Positions 20,365-27,210 of a stretch of 41,953 nucleotides of DNA are shown here, piece by piece (position 1 is the first letter of the stretch; the number at the start of each line of letters is the position of its first letter). The stretch lies in the IMG/VR virus record IMGVR_UViG_3300045988_168287, one strand, 5' to 3'. Below the pieces are notes generated by a model that had not been told where the DNA came from, did no database searches, and saw only the letters and a list, made by a program, of their open reading frames with translations. The DNA comes from a virus. A program made the translations under genes and the position numbers.

Positions 20365-21805
20365 TGCTATTGCTATTAGAATTAGTAACCTTCTTGGCAT
20401 CTTTGTTCTCATCGAGAGTGGTGAGCTGTATCATTGGCACATCCACCGTCACCTTGTCGCTCCATCCGTTGTAGTGGAGTATCAGATGATATGGCTTGGT
20501 CAGTATGTCGTGGCATGGCTTCTCTATAGCCTGCTTCAGCGTGAAAAGCTCGCGCTTGTCGCTACCTGAATTGTTCATCTGACTCTTGCCTGGTGTGGCT
20601 CCCACCAGGTTAGGATGAATGCCGAAGGCGAAGCAGAGAGCATTCGAAGCTTCGCTCATATCGTCGCTCCAGTTACCGCCTTCCTTCTTGTTGGCATCGT
20701 TGAGTGGCACTATGCGCACCATTCTGTTCTCCTTGCCGTTTGGGTCTACATAGTATCCGCTAATCATAGCCTTACCCGCGTTCTCGATGCCTGTTACGAA
20801 GTCAATGATGTTCTGCTTCTCTTCCTCCTTGCGCTTTTTGCGTAGTGGCTCGTCTGATATTCCTTCGTTGTCGCAAACGTTGTCCCAATACTCTTCGTGC
20901 ACTTCTATCTGTACTCGTGGAGCCGAAGTATTCTTAATCATATATCGTTTGCCAATACCTATCAAGCGATAGATATCAAACCAGGCATCGCGGAATATCG
21001 AAGAGTAATATGGTACAGGGTACATCTGACAGCCTGGTGTTGCCATACGGCTCAATATAGCAAACTTGCGCTCCTTGGTAGGTTTGTTCTTGAGTCCTGT
21101 CTCAGGATTAGGCATTTTGCCCATTCGTACCATCAGGTCGCCAAGCGGATTGAAATAGTCGAGCAATGGTATCACCTCAATCTTGCTTTCGTCAAAGAAA
21201 CCGAGTCGCCAGTCGCCATAGAACACATGTTCCGACTTGCCTGAAGCTGTAGAACCTGCATATTCAAATCTGCAGTATGAGGCATCCTTGTTTCTTACCG
21301 TCACTATCTTTGTGCCATCCTTCGATAGGATGATAACCGTAACCGAGAAGAAGAAGAACTTGAAGTCGGTAACCTGCTCGAGGAATACCTCCTGTAGCGA
21401 GTTGTATAGACAGAAGTCGCGAATTTCTTTGTCGCTTACGTCTTTTCTCGTCTCTCTATCCACGAAGCGCACTCCCTGGCCATAGCACGACACGATGTTG
21501 AACTGCTGACATTGTGCCGTCACCATATTCTCCATCAGTTTCTTTCTCACCTCGTAGGGCAATTGGTCATTCCTGCCCCATTGCACATACTTATACTCTC
21601 GCTTCTTCACCACTATTTGTCTCACGCTCGATGCTCCTGGCAGATCGTCATCATCGAAAACATTCATAGAGTCGCCACCATATTCTGAAGCTACAGAGTT
21701 GCCTTCCGACGACGAGCCTATTCCTGTAGGCACAATTCTATATTTGCGATAGCCGTCAGCATCTGCATGCGATGTAGGCTGCAGGGTATTTTTGTTTTTG
21801 CTCAT
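20342..21805 (-). CDS. Portal protein
   Basis: 487 aa from MSKNKNT (ATG 21805). Size, an acidic/Asn-rich C-terminal tail, and a segment ..FGIHPNLVGATPGKSQMNNSGSDKRELF.. are typical of portal cores (from memory). The 95-aa upstream extension in the track overlaps another gene. Confidence 0.6.
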   Translation of the reverse strand: MSKNKNTLQPTSHADADGYRKYRIVPTGIGSSSEGNSVASEYGGDSMNVFDDDDLPGASSVRQIVVKKREYKYVQWGRNDQLPYEVRKKLMENMVTAQCQQFNIVSCYGQGVRFVDRETRKDVSDKEIRDFCLYNSLQEVFLEQVTDFKFFFFSVTVIILSKDGTKIVTVRNKDASYCRFEYAGSTASGKSEHVFYGDWRLGFFDESKIEVIPLLDYFNPLGDLMVRMGKMPNPETGLKNKPTKERKFAILSRMATPGCQMYPVPYYSSIFRDAWFDIYRLIGIGKRYMIKNTSAPRVQIEVHEEYWDNVCDNEGISDEPLRKKRKEEEKQNIIDFVTGIENAGKAMISGYYVDPNGKENRMVRIVPLNDANKKEGGNWSDDMSEASNALCFAFGIHPNLVGATPGKSQMNNSGSDKRELFTLKQAIEKPCHDILTKPYHLILHYNGWSDKVTVDVPMIQLTTLDENKDAKKVTNSNSNSNDNDNNI

Positions 21806-22047
21806 AAGTATATTTTTTGATTGTTTATCTGTATGATGAATATCTGAGGAATGGTACGCAGCTCTCGATTCTTGGGATTTCTCAAGCGTATAAAACCTTG
21901 TCGCCATGCCACATGGTGCACAAGCCAGCCCTTGTAGTGAATAATGGCGCCTGTTTCGCCCTTGTAAGCGTATACGTCTACAAGGGCTCGATGCTGATAT
22001 GCTTGGTCTATCTGGCGCAGCATCTCGGTGAAATGGATAGCTTTCAT
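21802..22047 (-). CDS. Small hypothetical protein (81 aa), translationally coupled on both sides
   Basis: ATGA overlaps at 22044..22047 (with the upstream gene) and at 21802..21805 (with the portal start). Confidence 0.55.
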   Translation of the reverse strand: MKAIHFTEMLRQIDQAYQHRALVDVYAYKGETGAIIHYKGWLVHHVAWRQGFIRLRNPKNRELRTIPQIFIIQINNQKIYL

Positions 22048-23090
22048 TCGAAGGTATTGTCAAAGGTGTTGTCGAATATTCTGCCTGCACGTTCCATATT
22101 CAGCACATTATGATTACGCTGAGCATACTGGTATGAGAAGGTGAATCGAGGCAGCGACGTAGGCTTGTTGTCGTATTCCGACTTCGAGTCTGTTATTATC
22201 ACCTCTTTGCCCACGTTCGGGTTGCCATTCTTGAAGGTTACTATATGCACGTTCATCGAACGGAATAGCTCGTCCACCCAGTTTGCCATGGTGAACGACA
22301 GTATGCCTGTGTCGGCTTTGAACACCCTTGTTTCGGTAATCGCATAATTGCGTTGGGTTTTGCCTATATACGCTTGCTCGCGTTTGTACGATGGCGCTAT
22401 GGTGTGTGTGCCTGTGCAATAGATTAGTTCCTCCACTCCGAACGAGTTGTCGAATACCAGAACTGGAGCGCAGTCAGGCTCATCAAAATCGATTGTGAAC
22501 CGGAACGTGCGCTTTCCAGCCTGGACATCATAACATAGCAACGTCTTGCCTGCCATGGCAAACTGCTCTGCCGACACATCGAGTGTGGTATAGCGGTCGT
22601 TGCCTCCAACAGGCAATATCGAGAAAGATTTATTAGTGCCATCGTCATAGTAGGCTGTCGCGGTAGCCTTGTCGGTACCGATATAGTGTAGATATTCCAG
22701 GCGATGAAGACTCGTCACCTTCTCGCCCTCGAGCAATGTCAGATAGTGAGTCTCTATGAAGTCTTGAGCAGTAGTATTGATATCCACCTCGCTATATATG
22801 ATATCTGCCTCCATGCTTTTGGTAGACATGATGGTCTCGTTGTCGGCATCCTGTTCGGCAATCTGTATCTTCAACTTCACCTTCAGACGCTTCTTGGCAT
22901 AAGGAGTGAGTAGACGGTCGAGCTCGGCAAGCGTAATCACACCTGCCAGCGGATATAGATATTCCTGGTATACCTGTTCGTCGTCTACCGTCATCGTCAC
23001 CATGGCGCGGTTGCCACCTATCGAGAATTCCACATCGGGAACATTCGATGATAAATATGTGCCAGATATAGATTGAGTTATTGTTATCAT
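22044..23090 (-). CDS. Hypothetical virion-module protein (348 aa)
   Basis: Start MITITQS at 23090 fits the -7 box at 23109..23116. It is the first gene of the portal transcription unit. Confidence 0.5.
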   Translation of the reverse strand: MITITQSISGTYLSSNVPDVEFSIGGNRAMVTMTVDDEQVYQEYLYPLAGVITLAELDRLLTPYAKKRLKVKLKIQIAEQDADNETIMSTKSMEADIIYSEVDINTTAQDFIETHYLTLLEGEKVTSLHRLEYLHYIGTDKATATAYYDDGTNKSFSILPVGGNDRYTTLDVSAEQFAMAGKTLLCYDVQAGKRTFRFTIDFDEPDCAPVLVFDNSFGVEELIYCTGTHTIAPSYKREQAYIGKTQRNYAITETRVFKADTGILSFTMANWVDELFRSMNVHIVTFKNGNPNVGKEVIITDSKSEYDNKPTSLPRFTFSYQYAQRNHNVLNMERAGRIFDNTFDNTFE

Positions 23091-23108
23091 CCTTTTATTC
23101 TTTTTAGG

Positions 23109-23116
23109 CAAAGATA
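23109..23116 (-). promoter_or_regulatory. -7 promoter box TATCTTTG
   Basis: The + strand reads CAAAGATA, 18 nt upstream of the ATG at 23090 and just downstream of a terminator. Confidence 0.45.
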
Positions 23117-23145
23117 GACGATTCATTTAGCTACATAAAATACAC

Positions 23146-23177
23146 AAAAAAAAGCAGCACTCTCACGAGCGCTGCTT
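23146..23177 (-). terminator. Rho-independent terminator ending the five-gene accessory operon
   Basis: AAGCAGC (23152..23158) pairs with GCTGCTT (23171..23177). On the - strand a T8 run follows (+ strand A-run 23146..23153). Confidence 0.6.
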
Positions 23178-23293
23178 CCCTTTGTGTGTATCCTAACTCT
23201 CACGAGCTTAATACTTACACCCCTAAAACTTAAGTGAATCATATTCACTAAACCAATGTTTATAAAAAATGTAAAATAAATGTTTCCTTCTTG

Positions 23294-23569
23294 TTATTCT
23301 ATATGGCTATCGTAGTAGCGGTAAATCATCCATTTCAATCTACCGTCCTCTGTAGGTACGAGCGAATAGCCATGGTCTACCAGATATTTGCTCAACAGTC
23401 CTTTGCTGATGTCGTACATATCTGACAGGTCATCAATAATTTCTGTTGTCGACTTTGGCTCTGGGACATTCATCTGACCTGTGATATCTTTCCCAGGCAG
23501 CGGACTGCGCTTGTCGAAATAAGCTTCGATATATTCGAGCTGCATTTTCTCGTCGTCTTCTTCTGTCAT
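23294..23569 (-). CDS. Hypothetical protein (91 aa), acidic
   Basis: ORF with a 4-nt overlap to the upstream gene. Last gene of the operon. Confidence 0.5.
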   Translation of the reverse strand: MTEEDDEKMQLEYIEAYFDKRSPLPGKDITGQMNVPEPKSTTEIIDDLSDMYDISKGLLSKYLVDHGYSLVPTEDGRLKWMIYRYYDSHIE

Positions 23570-23799
23570 GATTCTATTGATTTTTTTAGATCTTTCAAAT
23601 TCTTGCTCATTCTCCTAAGGTTAGAGGCTACATCCAGTCTGTGTGCTGCCTCCTCGTTGCTCATTATGTCGGGCGAAACGTCAAGATAGTCGTCCATCAC
23701 ATCGTCCAGTAGTTGTATCTGCACTTCCAATGTATCGATATCGAGCATTGGTCTCAGAAGATTAAGAGTCTGCTCGCTGAAATTATTATTGTTCTCCAT
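23566..23799 (-). CDS. Hypothetical protein (77 aa)
   Basis: Start MENNNNFSEQ at 23799. The longer track ORF (to 23937) overlaps the upstream gene out of frame. Confidence 0.45.
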   Translation of the reverse strand: MENNNNFSEQTLNLLRPMLDIDTLEVQIQLLDDVMDDYLDVSPDIMSNEEAAHRLDVASNLRRMSKNLKDLKKSIES

Positions 23800-24250
23800 T
23801 TTCTTTTCCTCCTTTATCTTTTTTGTTGTCGTTGTACAATGATTTAATAATTTCCATATCGCCACCATGGGCTTTGTACTGGCTAAACAGCAGCGCACGC
23901 TCATTCTCGAGCAACACGTTGTTGCGAGCGTGCTCACTCTTCAGATGAGCCATTTCGCGGATGTGGTCGTTGTAAGCTCTGCGCTTCTTGTTAGCGAGGA
24001 ACTTGTCATCCTGGTCGCAGGCTTCTATCGCTTTCAGGTATTTGTCCTTACTCTTCTTGCGGTCTGCAGCTACCATGGCTTGACCCTTCGATATTTCCTC
24101 CGTTAGCGAGATATATCTTTCGTCTTCTTCCGTGCGAGCTCGAGCAAACGACTCGCGATTCTTATTCATTCGCTCCACAATATCCAAGAGCTGAGCCTGT
24201 AGTTCCTGCAGAGTGAGGATATTGAATGTAGGCATATTGTTAGTTGGCAT
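23786..24250 (-). CDS. Hypothetical coiled-coil protein (154 aa)
   Basis: Lys/Glu/Arg-rich heptad-like sequence in operonic packing. Confidence 0.5.
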   Translation of the reverse strand: MPTNNMPTFNILTLQELQAQLLDIVERMNKNRESFARARTEEDERYISLTEEISKGQAMVAADRKKSKDKYLKAIEACDQDDKFLANKKRRAYNDHIREMAHLKSEHARNNVLLENERALLFSQYKAHGGDMEIIKSLYNDNKKDKGGKENGEQ

Positions 24251-24593
24251 GGCTGTCCTCCTTTCCTTCGATGATGGTTACTTTCTTTTTGTTGTCGCGA
24301 AGCCATTCTTCGGCAGCAGCAATAGCAGGCAACATCACTTCTCTAAAGTTCTTGTCATTCGTAATCAGCGATGCTATTATGCCGGCAAGAAAGCCCTTAT
24401 TGCCACCTGTACCAAGATATGAGATTCTGTCTTCGTTGTAGCCAAGGATGAGGAATCCACGCTTCTCGTTAGCGTCTTGCCACTTACTGAGCTTCTCTAT
24501 CACCTTGTTTAAACTATCGAAGCCTGTCATCATCTCTGCTGCTTCTTCCTCGCTAATCTTCTCGGCTGTTACCTTAGGAACCTTGATTTTCAT
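24240..24593 (-). CDS. Hypothetical protein (117 aa)
   Basis: ORF with a 4-nt overlap to the upstream gene. Confidence 0.5.
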   Translation of the reverse strand: MKIKVPKVTAEKISEEEAAEMMTGFDSLNKVIEKLSKWQDANEKRGFLILGYNEDRISYLGTGGNKGFLAGIIASLITNDKNFREVMLPAIAAAEEWLRDNKKKVTIIEGKEDSHAN

Positions 24594-24976
24594 TTCTCGC
24601 CTCCTTTCTCGCCTTCTTTCTTGAAATCTTTGCTGTTGAAGCGATAAACCACCCAGCCTGTGATGCCTGCAGAGGCAAAGGCCTGTAGAGGAGCAGTAGT
24701 AGCCAGGACGACCGTTGCCACCATAAGCAAGGGCACCACAAAACCTATCACGGCTACTGTCTGATTGTTTACTTCGAAGCCTGCCAATCGGCTATAGGCT
24801 TCGTTCTTTTTCAGCATAGCCAGCTGCACCTTCGCCTTGAGCTGGGCGCAGCTGGCTTTAATGCCTGAAAAGTTATCACTTGCAGCCTTGGCTGCACCAT
24901 TCATGTCGAGTGCTCCTGGAGCACCAAACAAGGTAGTTTCGTTCTGGAAACTGATTGTTGTTTTTTGGTTTGTCAT
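24590..24976 (-). CDS. Hypothetical membrane protein (128 aa)
   Basis: Start MTNQKTTISF at 24976. C-terminal hydrophobic hairpin (VAVIGFVVPLLMVATVVLATT..AGITGWVVY). The 146 residues upstream in the track ORF look noncoding (repeats and hairpins). Confidence 0.5.
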   Translation of the reverse strand: MTNQKTTISFQNETTLFGAPGALDMNGAAKAASDNFSGIKASCAQLKAKVQLAMLKKNEAYSRLAGFEVNNQTVAVIGFVVPLLMVATVVLATTAPLQAFASAGITGWVVYRFNSKDFKKEGEKGGEK

Positions 24977-24980
24977 ACCA

Positions 24981-25046
24981 CGATTCTTTATCCTTGCAGC
25001 CGATATAAACGGGTGACGGCTGCACTTCCCGTTGGATAAAGAATCG
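24981..25046 (-). promoter_or_regulatory. 66-nt structured leader element: 13-bp closing helix enclosing an H-type pseudoknot, 4 nt from the start codon
   Basis: P1 is 24981..24993 with 25034..25046 (13/13 bp). P2 is 24996..25002 with 25017..25023 (7 bp). P3 is 25008..25013 with 25028..25033 (6 bp). P2 and P3 interleave, and 52 of the 66 nt are paired. Confidence 0.5.
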
Positions 25047-25226
25047 TAGTATACTCCGAGGAGAAACCAATTCACGAGAAGGCAGCCGTCATAATATTGT
25101 CTATATCCTTTATAAAAAAGAATAGAGTATGCGAACCGCGCAAAGGCATAAAAAAAGCCCGAGCAAGCGTGCCGAGCGAAATACTGTCGCTCCCCAGCGT
25201 AGATTACTACGATCTTTTTCCATGGG

Positions 25227-25234
25227 CAAAGGTA
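25227..25234 (-). promoter_or_regulatory. -7 promoter box TACCTTTG for the accessory operon (about 245-nt leader)
   Basis: The + strand reads CAAAGGTA. No canonical -33 box was seen. Confidence 0.4.
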
Positions 25235-25391
25235 GGCAAAAGGAGCGACACCACCAAGCAATTGAAGGGAAATGTTACCGCAAAATGATAAATTTAACAT
25301 TTCCACATTATATATATAATATTCCCGATAGATGAGATGCTTGGTATTCTCCATTTTCGTAAGCTCACGAAAATGGTCGCGCCCACAAATG

Positions 25392-25489
25392 CGACTATTC
25401 GTGTAAACCCTCACGACTACTCGAATCAGCCATTTCGGCTATTCGCATCGTCCATTTCGACTATTCGCGTAAACCCTCACGGTTACTCG
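25392..25489. repeat. Direct repeats: 32-mer x2 plus CCATTTCGRCTATTCGC x2
   Basis: 25392..25423 and 25458..25489 share 29/32 nt (CGACTATTCG.GTAAACCCTCACG..TACTCG). 17-mers lie at 25430..25446 and 25452..25468 (16/17). Confidence 0.85.
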
Positions 25490-25555
25490 CCTTGGCAAAC
25501 GATACATAAAAAAAAGCAAAAAGAGTATTATTATCAATACTTTTATGGCTAAATA

Positions 25556-25587
25556 TTTGTATATTAGTATTATTTTTACTACCTTTG
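25556..25587 (+). promoter_or_regulatory. Canonical Bacteroidota promoter for hicAB
   Basis: TTTG (25556..25559), a 20-nt spacer, TACCTTTG (25580..25587), and the ATG at 25613. Confidence 0.65.
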
Positions 25588-25612
25588 CATTGTCAAACAA
25601 AAGCTCTTTGAT

Positions 25613-25807
25613 ATGAGAAAGTACAAAGTATCTGAAGTCATCAAGCTGTTGGAGCGAGACGGATGGGTGAAAATAGCTGAGAAAGGCGACCACAAACAAT
25701 TCAAACACCCGGACAAACCAGGCAAGGTGACAGTAAGAGGGCAGAAGAGCGAGGTGCTTAGCCAATTTCTTCTGAACAGCATTTGGAAACAAGCGGGGTG
25801 GCGATAA
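25613..25807 (+). CDS. hicA: HicA-family mRNA interferase toxin
   Basis: 64 aa. KVSEVIKLLERDGW..KGDHKQFKHPDKPGKVTV matches the HicA (YcfA-like) pattern. Confidence 0.85.
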   Translation: MRKYKVSEVIKLLERDGWVKIAEKGDHKQFKHPDKPGKVTVRGQKSEVLSQFLLNSIWKQAGWR

Positions 25808-25865
25808 GCGCCCCGCCCCTTTCCGAGGTTTGACTAAAAAATAGACAACTAACACCTATATTGAT

Positions 25866-26276
25866 ATGGAAAAGATTATAGTAGAAGTAAGATGGTGCGA
25901 CCATAACTTTGGAGCCACATTATCAGACAACGTACCAGGAGCCATCGTCTTAACAGCCAAAACCTACGATGAACTGCAGAAAGAAGTGCCTGAAACACTC
26001 CAGTTTCACCTTGAAGGGATGAAAGCCGATGGCGATGAGATTCCGCAATGGCTCGCCGAGGGCGATTACGAGTTCGTCTACCACCTCGACACTGCTGCGC
26101 TCATACGATCGTGCGAGCGCTACGCCTCGCTTGCTGCCATTTCGCGAGCTTCCGGAGTGAACGAGCGACAACTAAGCCACTACGCCAATGGACTTAAGAA
26201 GGCACGCACGCAGCAGCGCGAGCGCATAATAGAAGGATTGCACAGAATAGGACGCGAACTGCTGTCCATATCATAG
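25866..26276 (+). CDS. hicB: HicB-family antitoxin with C-terminal HTH
   Basis: 136 aa immediately downstream of hicA. The N-terminus is HicB-like (VRWCDHNFGATL..) and the C-terminus is XRE-like (ISRASGVNERQLSHYANGLKKA). Confidence 0.8.
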   Translation: MEKIIVEVRWCDHNFGATLSDNVPGAIVLTAKTYDELQKEVPETLQFHLEGMKADGDEIPQWLAEGDYEFVYHLDTAALIRSCERYASLAAISRASGVNERQLSHYANGLKKARTQQRERIIEGLHRIGRELLSIS

Positions 26277-26297
26277 AGCATATTTGACAATCACAGT

Positions 26298-26338
26298 AAG
26301 CCCGACCGCCAGAAATGGAGGTCGGGCTTTTATATTTG
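26298..26338 (+). terminator. Rho-independent terminator of hicAB
   Basis: AAGCCCGAC (26298..26306) pairs with GTCGGGCTT (26321..26329), followed by TTTATATTT. Confidence 0.8.
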
Positions 26339-26340
26339 TT

Positions 26341-26377
26341 AAAGAAAAAGCCCTCGATGCTTCACGCACAGAGGGCT
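26341..26377 (-). terminator. Rho-independent terminator, convergent with the hicAB terminator
   Basis: AGCCCTC (26349..26355) pairs with GAGGGCT (26371..26377). On the - strand TTTTTCTTT follows. Confidence 0.6.
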
Positions 26378-26464
26378 AAAGAGTTCTTTTAATCATGAAA
26401 CGTTGCGAAGTCAGAACTTGCAGCGGTCATGGTGCCGCATGGTCGTGCGGCGGTGTTGAATTAA

Positions 26465-26653
26465 TTAAACAGTGACCATTTCAATATCCTTGGCAGTCGT
26501 CTTGATAAGCCCCTCCAAAGCTTCTGTAAAAGCCTGTTCGTTCTCACTCCTTAAAGCGTTCATCTCAGCGGATACTGCTGCACGCTCCTCGTCGGTCGTT
26601 GCCAAGCGGTTGCGCTCAGCAAGAGCCTTAATCTTATCCTTATAATCTGTCAT
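26465..26653 (-). CDS. Small hypothetical helical protein (62 aa)
   Basis: Start MTDYKDKIKAL at 26653. The track's longer version runs through a 5' UTR hairpin. Confidence 0.45.
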   Translation of the reverse strand: MTDYKDKIKALAERNRLATTDEERAAVSAEMNALRSENEQAFTEALEGLIKTTAKDIEMVTV

Positions 26654-26898
26654 AATAATATATCTTGTTAGGCAAGTACAATCGTCGTGGAGGTCGACTG
26701 ATTGTACGGATACTTGCAAATAATGATTCTACGAATCAACATTTATTAAAAGCACTTGCAAAGTAACTCAAAAAAATCTGTTTCTACAAGTTTTTGCAAT
26801 AATTTATGGTTTCTACCTATTGTTTTTGCTCGTTTTAATGCTTAAAACGAGCTATATAGATATATAAAAGCATGGTTTTTTACCTCTTTTTCCATAGC

Positions 26899-26949
26899 TG
26901 CAAAATTCAACCACCTTGTTTTCAATGAGTTATGTGGTTGAATTTTGCA
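26899..26949. other. 16-bp perfect inverted repeat with 19-nt loop in a 490-nt noncoding stretch
   Basis: TGCAAAATTCAACCAC (26899..26914) pairs with GTGGTTGAATTTTGCA (26934..26949). There is no flanking T-run, so it is not a typical terminator. Confidence 0.8.
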
Positions 26950-27112
26950 ACTTGCGCTTTCTGCTGTCTTTGCAGCACTACACCGCCCTACGCCAAGTTG
27001 GCAATTGCCCCTTATGCTCATAGCGGAATATGTAGCGAGATTTGCAACCATGTAAATGATTTTGTCTTGTCGCTCGTGGGCGGTTGTGCGAAACGTGAAC
27101 ATGGCAATTGCC

Positions 27113-27151
27113 AAAAACAAAAACGCCTCGAGACTGCGAAGTCCCGAGGCT
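27113..27151 (-). terminator. Terminator T, copy 1 (after paralogue 3)
   Basis: GCCTCG-A-GACT [GCGA] AGTC-C-CGAGGC (27126..27151). On the - strand GTTTTTGTTTTT follows. It lies within a 55-nt block identical to 27851..27905. Confidence 0.7.
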
Positions 27152-27210
27152 GGTGTGCGTCTGTAAGCCAGCAGACGACTTGGTGTTCAATATGGGGCAT
27201 TATCCCAAGC

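Noticed and set aside
21806-22090. 95-aa upstream extension of the portal ORF
   Set aside because: It overlaps, out of frame, the ATGA-coupled 81-aa gene and the end of the 348-aa gene. Its Pro/Arg/Ser-rich composition is atypical.
24981-25046. Possible HDV-like/theta-type or hammerhead self-cleaving ribozyme
   Set aside because: The helix order is an outer stem enclosing a simple H-type pseudoknot. It lacks the P1/P2 nesting with the P3 and P4 hairpins of HDV-like folds. No CUGAUGA...GAAA hammerhead core is present in the element.
24977-25414. N-terminal 146 residues of the 274-aa track ORF
   Set aside because: The stretch runs through the pseudoknot, several hairpins and the 32-nt repeats. 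Its composition (many Y, F, C, R) is not protein-like. The internal ATG at 24976 gives a sensible membrane protein.
10343-25482. Recurring CTCACG/CGTGAG word in intergenic regions (10343, 23161, 23199, 25364, 25411, 25477) as a shared regulator site
   Set aside because: A 6-mer is expected about 20 times by chance in 42 kb on both strands. The apparent intergenic enrichment rests on very few sites and has no consistent flanks beyond the local repeats already reported.
26395-26475. 26-codon Cys-containing + strand ORF (MKRCEVRTCSGHGAAWSCGGVELIKQ), considered as a RiPP-like or peptide gene
   Set aside because: It lies between two convergent terminators with no + strand promoter box upstream. 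It overlaps the end of the - strand gene, and it is too short to evaluate.
27001-27113. Invertible promoter (inverton) bounded by the GGCAATTGCC palindromes
   Set aside because: The repeats are only 10 bp and self-palindromic. The enclosed 93 nt contains no TAnnTTTG box on either strand, and no dedicated invertase gene is nearby.
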